The position numbers and the translations under genes were made by a program. Source: Anaeramoeba ignava BMAN (Eukaryota > Protista > Anaeramoebae). Taken from it: a DNA stretch of 64,000 bases. The notes beneath the pieces are model-generated. The model did not search any database. It saw nothing but the letters and a program-made list of their open reading frames with translations, and had not been told where the DNA came from. Of the stretch, positions 12,288 through 25,539 are shown one piece after another. Location: NCBI GenBank assembly GCA_028826165.1, contig JAPDFW010000141.1, positions 56,901 to 120,900 on the forward strand, written 5' to 3'. How positions within the stretch are numbered: the stretch's first letter is position 1; each line of letters starts with the position of its first letter.

Positions 12288-13486
12288 TCATTTTTCTAAA
12301 TGTGAAAGTTTAAATTCTTCATCTGATCCCAATTTGTCATGCGCATCATAAGATTCATTCATAACTTGTATTAAAGGTTCTCTTTCAATAACAGCAATAG
12401 AATCCGATTTGGAAAAAAGTGAGAATAATCTTGTGCGAACTTTTTTCACTGTAAATACAAAGATAATGCAATCAAAAAATCCTTGTGTTGATAGAAACAA
12501 AGCTTGAAGAAAATCAAGTGCTGGATAATCTTTTGGGTTTTTCTGGAACATTTCCCTTCCTCTTTTGACTGAGGTGGGAATTATAATCAGAATGTAAACA
12601 ATCGGAATCAATGACATTCTTATTTGTGTTTCTAAATTTTTTTGTGATTGTTCCTTCACTACAAAGTTTTGTAACCGAGAAATTTCTTGAAATACAACTC
12701 GAATTTTGAATACTGTATAAAAATAAAATATGAGAGAGATGAATAGAAAAGACCACCAAACAAAGTAATGTAGTTCTGTTAAATAAATTTCCTTAACCCA
12801 ACACCTTTTATTTTATTTTATTTTATTTTATTTTATTTTATTTGAATATTTTATTTGAATATTTTATTATTATTTTTATTTTGTTTTATTTGAATATTTT
12901 ATTTAAATATTTTATTTTAATATTATTTTATTATTATTTTTATTTGAATATTTTTTTATTTTAATATTTTATTTGAATATTTTATTATTTGAATATTTTA
13001 TTTTAATATTTTATTTTAATATTTATTTTATTTTGTTTTATTTGAATATTAAGAAAATCACCAATAAGTCTTCTCTTTGGGTTCAGGTGTTGCAAATACT
13101 TTTAAAATAATATTATTATTTTATTATATATAACCCATTAAAATATATATTTTAAATATTTGATATACTCTATTCAAAATTTGGTCAGAAACATTTCGTG
13201 TGATTTTAAGTGTTGTTATAATTGAAATTGCTGCATTCCAATATCCAGTCATTGGAACAAAACAAGCAATAATAGCAGGTTGAAAAACACAAATTCCATG
13301 CACATAATGCCCTGGAAGTGTGTAAACTAATGCAGAAAAAAGATCATATATAGATAAAACAAATACTAATTTCCGATAAAATGTTCTTAATTCTGGAAAT
13401 TTAAAATGAACAAATATTATAATTATTGAACCTAATACTCCCAGAAATGCTCCAACAAGATCTGGGAAAAATATTTGAAAAGACAT
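12288..13486 (-). CDS. 7TM G-protein-coupled receptor, cAMP-receptor (CAR/GCR1)-like
   Basis: TM1-3 in 13124..13486 (LRTFYRKLVFVLSIYD, C-x-x-Q). YW|CWV is spliced across an intron at about 13061-12805. TM6-7 follow (LIPIVYIL, QGFFDCIIF). The TM4 region near 13100-13135 needs a 35-nt intron or an indel. Confidence 0.8.
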
Positions 13487-13549
13487 AACTAAAAAAAAAA
13501 GGAAAAAAAAAATGAAAAAAAATTAAAAAAATTCAAATTAAAATTTTTT

Positions 13550-15200
13550 ACTATTTTGCAATAAAATTAATTAAGAAATAATTTTAAAAAAGAATTTATT
13601 ATTAATATTAAATTAATATTATTAAAAATAAAGAAATAAATTTAAAACAAAAATTAGATAAAAATTTAATTTAATTTTTAATAATTTAATTTATTATTTT
13701 GCAATAAAATTAATTAAGAAATAATTTTAAAAAGAATTTATTATTAATATTAAATTAATATTATTAAAAATAAAGAAATAAATTTAAAACAAAAATTAGA
13801 TAAAAATTTAATTTAATTTTTAATAATAATTAATTTATTATTTTGCAATAAAATTAATTAAGAAATAATTTCAAAAAGAATTTATTATTAATATTAAATT
13901 AATATTATTAAAAATAAAGAAATAAATTTAAAAACAAAAATTAGATAAAAATTTAATTTAATTTTTAATAATAATTAATTTATTATTTTGCAATAAAATT
14001 AATTAAGAAATAATTTTAAAAAGAATTTATTTTAATATTAAATTAATTATTATTAAAAATAAAGAAATAAATTTGAAACAAAAATTAGATAAAAATTTAA
14101 TTTAATTTTTGATTATAATTAATTTATTATTTTGCAATAAAATTAATTAAAAATAATTTTAAAAAGAATTTATTATTAATATTAAATTAATATTATTTAA
14201 AAATAAAAGAAATAAATTTAAAACAAAAATTAGATAAAAATTTAATTTAATTTTTAATAATAATTAATTTACTATTTTGCAATAAAATTAATTAAGAAAT
14301 AATTTTAAAAAGAATTTATTATTAATATTAAATTAATATTATTAAAAATAAAGAAATAAATTTAAAACAAAAATTAGATAAAAATTTAATTTAATTTTTA
14401 ATAATAATTAATTTATTATTTTGCAATAAAATTAATTAAGAAATAATTTTAAAAAGGATTTATTATTAATATTAAATTAAATATTATTAAAAATAAAGAA
14501 ATAAATTTGAAACAAAAATTAGATAAATATTTTATTTAATTTTTAATAATAATTAATTTATTATTTTGCAATAAAATTAATTAAGAAATGATTTTAAAAA
14601 GAATTTTTTATTTTTGTTTTTCTAAATTAAAAAATAAAAAGAAAAAGAAAAATCGAATAAAAATTTCAAAAACAAAATTAATAAAAAATATTTTATTTAA
14701 AATTAATTTTATTTAATTTTTTTTATAATTTATTAATTTATTATTATTTTGCAATAAAATTAATTAAGAAATGATTTCAAAAATAATTTATTATTAATAT
14801 TAAATTATTGTTATTAAAAATAAAGAAATAAAAATAATTAAAATATTTTATTATTTTATTTAATTAATTTTTAATTATAAATTAATTTATTATTTTGAAA
14901 TAAAATTAATCAAGAAAAATAAAATTTTAGTAATTAATAAATAATTTAAACATTTAAAAATAAAGAAATCAAAAATTGAAATAAAAAAATTAAAAAAAAT
15001 TTAATTTAATTTATTTTAATAATAATTTTAATTTATTATTTTGCAATAAAATTAATTAAAAAATAAATATAAATTTTTAAATCAAAAATTAATTATTTAT
15101 TAATAAAAATAAATTTGAAACAAAAATTAGATAAATATTAAATTTAATTTTTAATAATTAATTAATTTTAAAATTTTATTTTAAAATTAATCAAGAAATG
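13550..15200. repeat. About 143-146 bp AT-rich tandem satellite, about 11 copies, degenerating rightwards
   Basis: TTTTGCAATAAAATTAATTAAGAAAT recurs near 13554, 13697, 13840, 13986, 14130, 14275, 14419, 14564 and onward. Confidence 0.9.
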
Positions 15201-15319
15201 ATTTTAAAACTTTTATTCTATTTTTTCATTTTTGTTTTATTAAATTAAAAATAAAAGAAAAAATCAAATAAAAATTTCAAAAACAAAATTATAAAAATAA
15301 AGAGAAAATGTTAATTAAA

Positions 15320-16045
15320 ATGTAAAATAATTTATTTATATAATTTATAAAAAGAATTTATTATCTAAATTAATTCAAAATTGATTTTTAAAAATAAATA
15401 TAAATTTAAATCAAAAAAAATTAAATTTAATTAATTTTATTTCCAAAAATAAAATAATTTTAAATAATATTAAATAATAATATTTAATTAAATTTTAAAG
15501 TATAAATTAATTTTGAAATAAATTAATAATATAAAATATAATTTTATTATTTAATTTTCTTATTAAATAATTAATAAAATAATTTAAACATTTTTAATAT
15601 AAATTTAATCAAAAAATTAAATAATAAAAATTAAAATTAAAATATAAAATAATTTATTTATATAATTTATAAAAAGAATTTTATTATCTAAATTAATTCA
15701 AAATTGATTTAAAAATAAATATAAATTTAAATCAAAAAAATTAAATTTAATTAATTTTATTTCCAAAAAAATAAAATAATTTTAAATAATATTTAAATAA
15801 TAATATTTAATTAAATTTTAAAGTATAAATTATTTTGAAATAAATTAATAATATAAAATATAATTTTATTATTTATTTTCCTTATTAAATAATTAATAAA
15901 ATAATTTAAACATTTTTAATATAAATTTAATCAAAAATTAAATAATAAAAATTAAAATTAAAAATGTAAAATAATTTATTTATATAATTTATAAAAATGA
16001 TTTTATTATCTAAATTAATTCAAAAATTGATTTAAAAATAAATAT
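15320..16045. repeat. About 322-bp tandem duplication, about 2.2 copies
   Basis: TAAAATAATTTATTTATATAATTTATAAAAA recurs near 15323, 15645 and 15967. Confidence 0.85.
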
Positions 16046-16049
16046 AAAT

Positions 16050-19000
16050 ATGTTAAAATTAATAATGAAGAAATTAAAAATGAAGAAATATTTAGATATT
16101 ATTATTAAAGAAAATTTCAAATTTTTTTGCTTCAAAAATGATTTGAAATTGTTGATTTTATTCAAGAAATAATTATTAAAACAATTTAGAAAATTGAAGA
16201 AGATTATTATTATCCAATAGTAAATTATTTTATTTGATTTTAAATTTTTTTAATTCAAATTCCAAAATAATTTATTTATTTATTTAAAAAAGGGAATACA
16301 ATAGAATTTATCAAATAAAAACTCTCAAAAATTTATAAAATATTTCCTTATATTCAAAAAAAAATAATTTTGAAAATGAAACTTATTATATTAATTGAAT
16401 AAAATTATGAAACAAAATTCCCAAATCAAAAATCAAAATTGATACATTTTCTCTACAAAAAAGAAATCTAACAATAAATTTCAATTATCAAAAAACAAAT
16501 AATTTAAATTATCAAATTATTTACAAATTGAAATGAAATTCAAACAAAATTATAATCAACAAAATAAATATATCTCTTCATAATATTTAAAAGAAATCAA
16601 ATCAAATTTACATTAATTTTGATTATGAAAATTTAATTGCAAAAACAAAAAAAAATAATAATAAAAGAAAAAGGAAATCAAATTGATAAATATTCAAGTT
16701 TTCACCTTTGTATTAAACCAAAAAAAAAATTCACCAATAACATTATATCTCTTTTCTCAATTCAAAAATAATACAATAAAAAAAATATATATTTCAGTTG
16801 ATAAAATTGATATTAAAACAGAATCTTTGAATAGAAACACAAAGAAAATAGATTGAATCTAATTGAAAAAGGATTTGAAATCAATAAATCAAATATCAAG
16901 ATAAAACCAAATATTATTATGGAATATTTTACAGAAGAAAAAGAAAAAGAACTTAAAATGGATATTTTAAAACAATTCTACATTTCAAAATCAAAAAAAG
17001 AATTTAACATAAAACAAACAATAATAAGCTTACTGTATTTTCATAATCTATTTATTGATATTATAAAGAAAAACATTTATATTCTCTTTTTAATGTTATT
17101 TCTTATTCGAAAAAGAAGAAGAAGAAATTTGTGGAATTAAATTAATAACCAAAATATTTCCTTAAAAATCTATAATTAACACATGAAATATTTTATTAAT
17201 TCTTATTTGTTTCTCCTGTTTTTTGATAGATCTTATTACAGAATTCATTTTAATATTTGAACTAAATGAAAACTATTGATATTTAACATTATTGGATATT
17301 TTAAAAAGAAATTTAAAAGAAGAAAGAAAGAAAGAATTTTATTTAATATAGATTTTTCTATTAAGAAAAATAGAATAACAATTAAGAGATAATCCACAAA
17401 TTGAAACATTTACAATAAAAAGAAAAGAAAATATTCTTGATTTCCAAAATATTTCAACACTTATTTGATCTTTTAATATTGAATATACAACAATTTTCAT
17501 TCATTTCCCTTTCAAAAACAAACTTTCTAACTGTTTACATCATTACAGAAATATTTTCTTCCACTTTAATCAATATTTCTCAAATCTCACAATTTTTCAA
17601 GATTATTTTATTTTATTTATATTATGAAAAGAAAGAAGAATTTGAATTATTATCAACAACAAAAATATCTATCTTACATATATTCAACAATTTAATCCAT
17701 AAACAGAAATACTTATTTCCATTTTTATTATTTCAAGAATTTATGAAAATTATTTAAATATCTTCAATTTACTTTTGCATTGGAAACACTTGATACATAT
17801 ATTCAATAACTTAAAATAATAATTTGAATATTTATTTATTTCTTGAATCAAAATATCACAAATAAACAATTAACCAAATATTGAAATTATGAAAATTTTT
17901 CCATTTTCTTGAAACTGAAAAAAAAGATAAAATCAAAATATATTTCTTGAATATTTTTTTTTTGAATAAAAAATTACTGATATCAATGAATACTTATTTT
18001 CACAAATCTTCACAAAATATTTCTCCTTTTATTTGTAAATATCAATTATTCAAAATACACACAAAAAGAATATTTTCCACAAATATTTTGAAATTGATGA
18101 TTAATTACAACTTTTTATATTCTAAAACAAAATTAACAAAATTCAACAACATTTTTGAATAATTTATATATCCTTTCTTTAGAAATATTTCCAATTTCCA
18201 GAATATTATTTATTTCCATTTCAAAATTATTATTCAATTATTTTCTTCAAGAAAAAGAATATTAAATTAAATTGAATTGAATTGAAAATACATTTCTTAA
18301 TAATTTCAATAATATTCACAAATTCTTTATTTATTTATTTCAAGGAAATATACTTCTATTTAATCTATTCAAAAAAATATAACAGATATAACTCAATTTT
18401 ATCAATAAATTTAATTTAATTTAATTTAATTTAATTTAATTTAATTTAATTTAATTTAATTTAATTTAATTTAATTTAATACAAAATTATTCTTCATTTC
18501 TCCAAAATAATTGATAAAATTACAAAATTCCTAATCATAAATATTTATTAATCATTCCATTTTGAAGAGATTTCCATTAATATCAAACAAGAAAACTCTT
18601 TTTCAAAATATTAAATTCAATTTCAAATCCAATTTAAATTCACAAAATTCTAAACAATAACAAGTTATTTCTGTTCATTAATCTTAATTATTTAACAACA
18701 ACAAAAAAATTATTTATAAATTCTAACTTCTTTAAAATTGAGAAATTAAATCCTTATTGGAAAAACAAAATGAAACAAATGAAAATAATCTTCAAAATCC
18801 CAAAATCACTTTTAAATTTCAATTCTCTTTACTTAAATATTGGAAAATGATATAAATATCAAAATTCTAACTCTTATTGAATTTATTATTTAAATCAATT
18901 TAATCAAGAAATATTCAAAATTCTTTTTAAAAACATGATATCTGTTCATTTACTTAATCCAAAATATAATCCAAAACAAATTTGATTTCAAAATATTTCC

Positions 19001-19560
19001 AAATTCACAAATATTATAGAGATAAATCAATTATTATATAAATACTCAACAAATCTTCTTTAAAATATTTATCTTCAAATTTTGGAAGATTTTATTTAAT
19101 TCTACTTTTGAATAACTTTGAAAAAACTATTTATTATTTTATTTATTCATTCCTTTCTTTTTTATTCAACAAAATTTCCAAATTTATTTCCTTTATAAAC
19201 CTCAAACTCAAATCAAAACATTTCCAAAAAAAGAAATATTTCTTGATTTTTTATTACAAAATATAAAATATTCAAAAATTTTCTTTTTGTTAATAGAATT
19301 AATATTTAAATTCCAAAAAAAAAATAGATAGAATTAATATTTAAATTCCAAAAAAAAAATAGATAGAATTGAATTGTTTTGATTTAAAAATTATTATTAA
19401 ATTATTTCCAAAAAAAAAATAGAAAGAAATTCAATATTTAAATAGATTTAATTTATTTATAAATTCTTTCAAAAAATATTTTAATTGATTTTTATTTGGA
19501 AAAAATAAATAAATTTAGTTAAAAAAATTCAAAATTATGATTAAGAACAATTTTATCAAT
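16050..19560 (+). pseudogene. AT-eroded coding-like relic of unknown identity (possibly a transposable element)
   Basis: Higher complexity than its flanks, with short broken ORFs (16853, 17437, 17947). No recognisable motif. Confidence 0.35.
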
Positions 19561-19779
19561 TTTATTTCATTTTTGAAAAAGAAATTAAATAAACAATTTG
19601 TTTTGAAATTTATTCAAAACTTAATAAATAAGAAATTTTCTTTTTTAATTTCTTTTTTTCTTTTTCTTTTTTTTAATTAAAAATAAAAACAAATTTTTCA
19701 TTTTTTTTCATTTTTTTTTCACAAAAAGTAAAACACAAAGAAATAAAAATTTAATTTATAATTTATTTATATTTATTAT

Positions 19780-21340
19780 TTTACACATAAATTATTTATC
19801 TAAATTATTTAAATAATCAAAATATTTATAAATTATTAATTAATATTATTTAATTTTAATTTATTTTTTATTTATTAAAAAAAAGGAAAAACAAATTAAA
19901 AAATTAAAAAATAATTAAATTAAAAATATTAAATTATTATTTTAAACATAAATTATTTATCTAAATTATTTAAATAATCAAAATATTTATAAATTATTAA
20001 TTAATATTATTTAATTTCAATTTATTTTATTTATTAAAAAAAAGGAAAAAAAACAAATTAAAAATTAAAAATAATTAAATTAAAAATATTAAATTATTAT
20101 TTTAAACATAAATTATTTAAATAATCAAAATATTTATAAATTATTAATTAATATTATTTAATTTCAATTTATTTTATTTATTAAAAAAAAGGAAAAAAAC
20201 ACAAATTAAAAATTAAAAAAATAAAAAAATTAAAAATTAAAATTAAATTAAATAAATTATTTTATCTAAATTATTTTTAAATTAAATCAAAATATTTATA
20301 AATTATTTATTAATATTATTTAATTTCAATTTATTTTATTTATTTAAAAAAAGGAAAAACAGAAAACAAAAAGAATAAAAATTAAAATAAATTTAAATTT
20401 AAAATATAAAAATATTTATAAAATTATTTTTTACACATAAAAATTATTTATCTAAATTATTTAAATAATCAAAATATTTATAAATTAATTAAAAATTTAA
20501 TTTAATTTATTTTATTTATTTAAAAAAGGAAAAAAACTATTAAAAATTAAAAATAATTAAATTAAAAATATAAATTATTATTTTACACATAAATTATTTA
20601 TCTAAATTATTTAAATAATCAAAATATTTATAAATTATTTATTAAAATTATTTTAATTTCAATTTATTTTATTTATTAAAAAAAGGAAAAAAATAAATTA
20701 AAAAAATTAAAAATAATTAAATTAAAAATATTAAATTATTATTTTTAAACATAAATTATTTATCTAAATTATTTAAATAATCAAAATATTTATAAATTAT
20801 TTATTAATATTATTTAATTTCAATTTATTTTATTTATTAAAAAAAAAGGAAAAAAATAATTAATATAAAAATATAAAAATATAATTTTACTCATAAATTA
20901 TTATTTAATTTATTTAAATCAACAAAAATATTTATAAATTATTAATTAAATTTAATTTTAAATTGTTTTATTTATTTGAAAAAAAGAGCAAAAACAATAT
21001 TTAATTAAAAAAGATATAAAATATTATTTTAAACATAAATTATTTATCTAAATTATTTAAATAATAAAAATATTTATAAATTATTTATTTAAATTTATTT
21101 TATTTATTTGAAAAAACAAAATAGAAAACATCAGACAATAAAAGTAAGTGATTTATAAATATATAATAATTATTTTAAACATAAATTATTTAAATAATAA
21201 AAATATTTATAAATTATCAATTAAAATTATTTAATTTTTATTTATTTTATTTATTTAAAAATATAAAAATATTATTTATCTAAATTATTTAAATAATCAA
21301 AATATTTATAAATTATTAATTAAATTTATTTTATTTATTT
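19780..21340. repeat. About 150-165 bp AT-rich tandem satellite, about 10 copies
   Basis: ACATAAATTATTTATCTAAATTATTTAAATAATCAAAATATTTATAAATT recurs up to the start of the BTB gene. Confidence 0.85.
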
Positions 21341-21356
21341 GAAAAAAAAGGGAAAA

Positions 21357-23740
21357 ATGAATCAAAACCAAAACCAAAACGAATTACAAAAATTTAAAGA
21401 ATTTTTAATAAAAAAACATCAGAAACAAATTTTATCAATATTTAATAAAAAAAAAACATCAGATATCCAAATTTATTGTGGAATTGATAAAAGAATACTT
21501 TATTGCCATAAATCCATTTTGACTGCTCGTTCATTAACTTTTTTAACCAAAATTTTTGAAAAACAACAGACAAAATTAACATTTAATAATTTTCATTCAA
21601 ATATTGTTACACCAATAATGGAATATATTTATAGTGGAGAATTATCTTTTAATAAAGAAGAATTTGATAAATATTGGGAATTTGCTAATCAAAATAAGTT
21701 AAATGATGTTAAAAAACAAATTGAACTTGAAATGAAAGAATATCTACAACTTGATAATATTGCTATCATTTATTTCAAAAGTCAAAACATTTCATCTAAA
21801 TTTCTTATTGAAAAATGTGAAGAATTTATTATTCCAAATATTCAACAAATTATTCAAAGATTTGATTTCAAAAATTCACAACTTGAACAAAATATCAGTT
21901 TTGTTGGATTAATTTCCTTACATCAATCAATTCAAAACAAATTTCAATTATTACAACTTTTTCAACAAAAATGGAAAGAAAATTCCCAAGAAAACATTTA
22001 CAAATTATTACAAAAACAAAAGAAAGAAGGATTAAATCGAAATTCATTAATTAAATTAAACCAAAACGAAACTATTAATTCTCAAGAAAAAGAAGAATAT
22101 TTTGATAATGATAAATTCTTTTCAATTTTATTCACACAAATTCAACAAACACAAACATTTAATTTTCAACAATTTCAACAAATCAAAAAAAAATCATTTA
22201 ATTTAAATGAAACCAAATCCATTTTATTAAATTCAAATATTGAAGAAGAACTTAAAGAAGAAGACAAAAGAATAATATCTTATTATAACTTCAATGCAAT
22301 TAAATATCAAACAGAAAAAAGAATTGAAGAAAAAAAAGAACAAATTAAATCAGAAACAAGAAAATTAAAAAGGAAAAAAGAAAAAATTGAACAAATGAAA
22401 CAAAAACAAAAACAAGAACAAAAACAAGAAATTACTCAATCATTAGATAAAGCAAAAATTTATTTTACAAAACTTAAAAATTCAATTCAAGAAAATGATA
22501 AAGGTATAATTTTTTTCAATTTTAAAAATAAAAACAAAAATAAAAACAAAAACAATTTTATTTTATTTAAATTATTTATTTAACAAAAATAATAGATGAA
22601 ACAAAAGAATTAATGAAAATTGATATTTCTTTAATTTTTGAATCTATGAATAATTTTCCAACAAATGAATTTATTCAAGAAAATTGTTGTTTAGCTTTAA
22701 GAAAATTTACTGATAAAACAAAAGAGAGTAAAAACTTTTTTACAAAAACAAAAATTAAGTTTTTAAATTTAGATTTTATTTATTAACAAAAAAATCTTTT
22801 TAATTTTATTATTTAAATTTTCTTTCTTTCTTTTTCTTTTTGTTTTTACAAAAAAAAAAACCAAAACAAATAATAATTATCAATTTAAAATAGGAATTTC
22901 ATTTAATTTACCAAATTTAAATGGATTTAATTTAATTATCAAAGCAATGAATAATTTCCCATTTAACAGATTTCTTCAACTTCAATCTATTTTAATTATT
23001 ATTAATATTGGAAAAGAAAACGGTAAATTCAAAATTAAAAATTAAAAACAAAATAAATTAATTTTCATTTTTTTTTTGAAATATAAAAAATAAAAAAGAA
23101 AACAAAACACAAATTGAAACCAATTCTGGAATTGATACAATAATTTCAACAATGGTTAATTTTACAGAAGATAAAGAAATTTATAACAAAGGAATTGAAG
23201 CTTTAGGAGTTCTAGGTTTAGAAAAAAAAGGTAAATTTCTTTTCATATTTATTATTTCACAAACAAAATACAAAAATTATTTTGATTGGATATAAATTTA
23301 TTTCAATTTGAAAAACAAATATTAATTTATTTTTATTAAATTTCATAAAACAAAATAGAGATTCAAAAACTATTCAAAGAAAAGAAAAGTAAAATTAATT
23401 AAAACAACAAAACAACAAAATAATTTTTTTATTAAAATCTTTCTAAATATAAAAAACAAATATAAATACAATTTAATTTAATTTAATTTAATTTAATTTT
23501 ATTTTTGATTTAGAAATTGTTGAAAAAAGAGATGAAATAAAATTAAAACCATTAAAGGAGGAATATAGAAAATCAAAACCTGTAAATAATACAACAAAAA
23601 TTTATTTAATTTAATTTAAAAATAAATTTTTCTTTTTTAAAAATTAATTTTTATTTCTTTTTCTTTTTTCTTTTATTTTATTAGGGGAGAAAAGGTTCGT
23701 TTTTTTATTAATTCATTTCAAAATATAAAAATATAAAAAT
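21357..23740 (+). CDS. BTB/POZ + coiled-coil + ARM-like repeat protein; exons about 21357-22503, 22596-22727, 22894-23022, 23099-23230, 23359-23388, 23514-23581, last exon uncertain
   Basis: BTB motif [27 protein letters not shown]. Downstream exons have canonical AG/GT and a consistent phase, each encoding one ARM-like unit ([19 protein letters not shown]; [12 protein letters not shown]; [11 protein letters not shown]). Confidence 0.75.
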
Positions 23741-25254
23741 ATAATTTATTTCTTTTTATTTCAATTTTCAAAAACTTCATATTATTTCATAAACAAAAAA
23801 AATTCAATATTTTCTCTCTATCATAATTATTTTCTCAAATCATAATAATTCATTTTTTTATTTCATTATTTTTCTTTGCCAAAAAAGAAAGAAAACAAAA
23901 TTTTTTTAATTTAAAATTTAAAACTAACATAATATTTTTCATTTTTTTGCATTAATAACTATTTTCTTTATTTTTGCCATTTTGGAAAAAAACAAACATA
24001 TTTTTTCTTTTCTTTTCTCTTTTCTTTTTCTTTTTTATTTTGGGAATTAAATTAAATAAGATTTATTAATTTCAAAAAAAAATTGATTATTATTATTGAT
24101 TAATTTAATTTAATTTAATTTAATTTAATTTAAAAATAACAAATTATGATTTTTTATTATTATATTATTTTCAAAATTTGAGAAAGTTGATAATAGAAAC
24201 ATTTATCAAATTAATTAAATTCCTTTTGAGAAAATTGAAATGATTAAATTTAAATTAATAATAAAAATAAAAGATTAGAGATATATTTATCAAAAAAAAA
24301 AACTAAATAATTCTTATATCAAAAATTATTTGAAAACAAATTTGAAAATAAAGTTTGTTTTTTTTTCTTTCAAAATTTTATTATTAATTATTATTGATTA
24401 GATAAGAAATTAATAGAATTCAAGAATGAAGAAAGATTAACAAAAAACAAAGAGATATTTGATTTCTTTTTTTAATAATTATTTATTTTTATCAATAATA
24501 ACTAAATTCAATTCTTTTTTTTATAATAAAAAAAATTGATAAAAAATTAAAGAAATAAAAAATAGATATTTATTTGATAAAATTAAATTTTCTCTTTTTG
24601 AAAAAAAATTGAAATCAATAATAATAATAATAAATATAATACTTTCTCTAATCATTTATTTTCCCAATTTATTTATATTTTTCTTTTTTTTGATTAGGAT
24701 ATAATTAATTTAAAATAATTTTTGTTTTTTTTTGATTATTAAATCTAAATTAAATTGTTTTTAATAACAAAAAATTTTAAATCTATTTTATTATTTGGAA
24801 ATTTATTATTAAAAATCAAAAATATAAATTCAATTTGAAAATTAATTTATTTATCAAAAAAATTTTTTTATTCATAATTCATAATCCAGATAATATCTTT
24901 ATTATTTTCTTTTTCCCATAAATAAATAAATAAATAAATTTTGTTTTTCATTTTTGATTTAATGAAAAATTAAAAAGAATGAAGGAAATAAAGTAAAATT
25001 TCTAAAGAAAAATTGATAATTATAATTATTATTATTTATTCATTCTTAATTTATTATTTTTCAATTCCTTTTATTTTAATTTCAAAAAAAAAACACAAAT
25101 TTAAATTAATTAATTTTGAGTTAATAAAAAATTTAATTTATTCTTTTTTAGTTTTTATCAATTCAAAAAAAAAACAAATTATTTAATTTAACAAATTAAT
25201 TCTTTTTAACTAATTTTAATTTATTCTTTATTTATTTTTTTTATTCAAATTTAG

Positions 25255-25350
25255 GAAACTTTATTTCATTACTTTTCAAAAAAGAAACCAATTGATTTTG
25301 AAATTTTCCAAATTTTATTCAAAAAAAGATCTGAATGGAATAAACAAGAT
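25255..25350 (+). pseudogene. Isolated 96-nt phase-0 ankyrin-repeat exon (degenerate)
   Basis: ttag|GAAACT...CAAGAT|gtattt encodes ETLFHYFSKKKPIDFEIFQILFKKRSEWNKQD (32 aa). Confidence 0.65.
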
Positions 25351-25539
25351 GTATTTATTTTTATTTAATAATAATAATAATTAATTTTAAAAAAAATTTA
25401 ATAATTTTGATTATTTTCAAATAAATTTAAATTCAAATTTATTAATATTTATTTTTATTTTTATTAACAAAAGAAAATTCAATTTTAATTTATTTTAAAA
25501 TTATTGAATTTTTTTTCTCAAAATTTATAAAAATAAAAT

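Noticed and set aside
13550-15200. Regularly spaced repeats as a possible CRISPR array
   Set aside because: Whole units repeat with no unique spacers; eukaryotic context and no cas genes.
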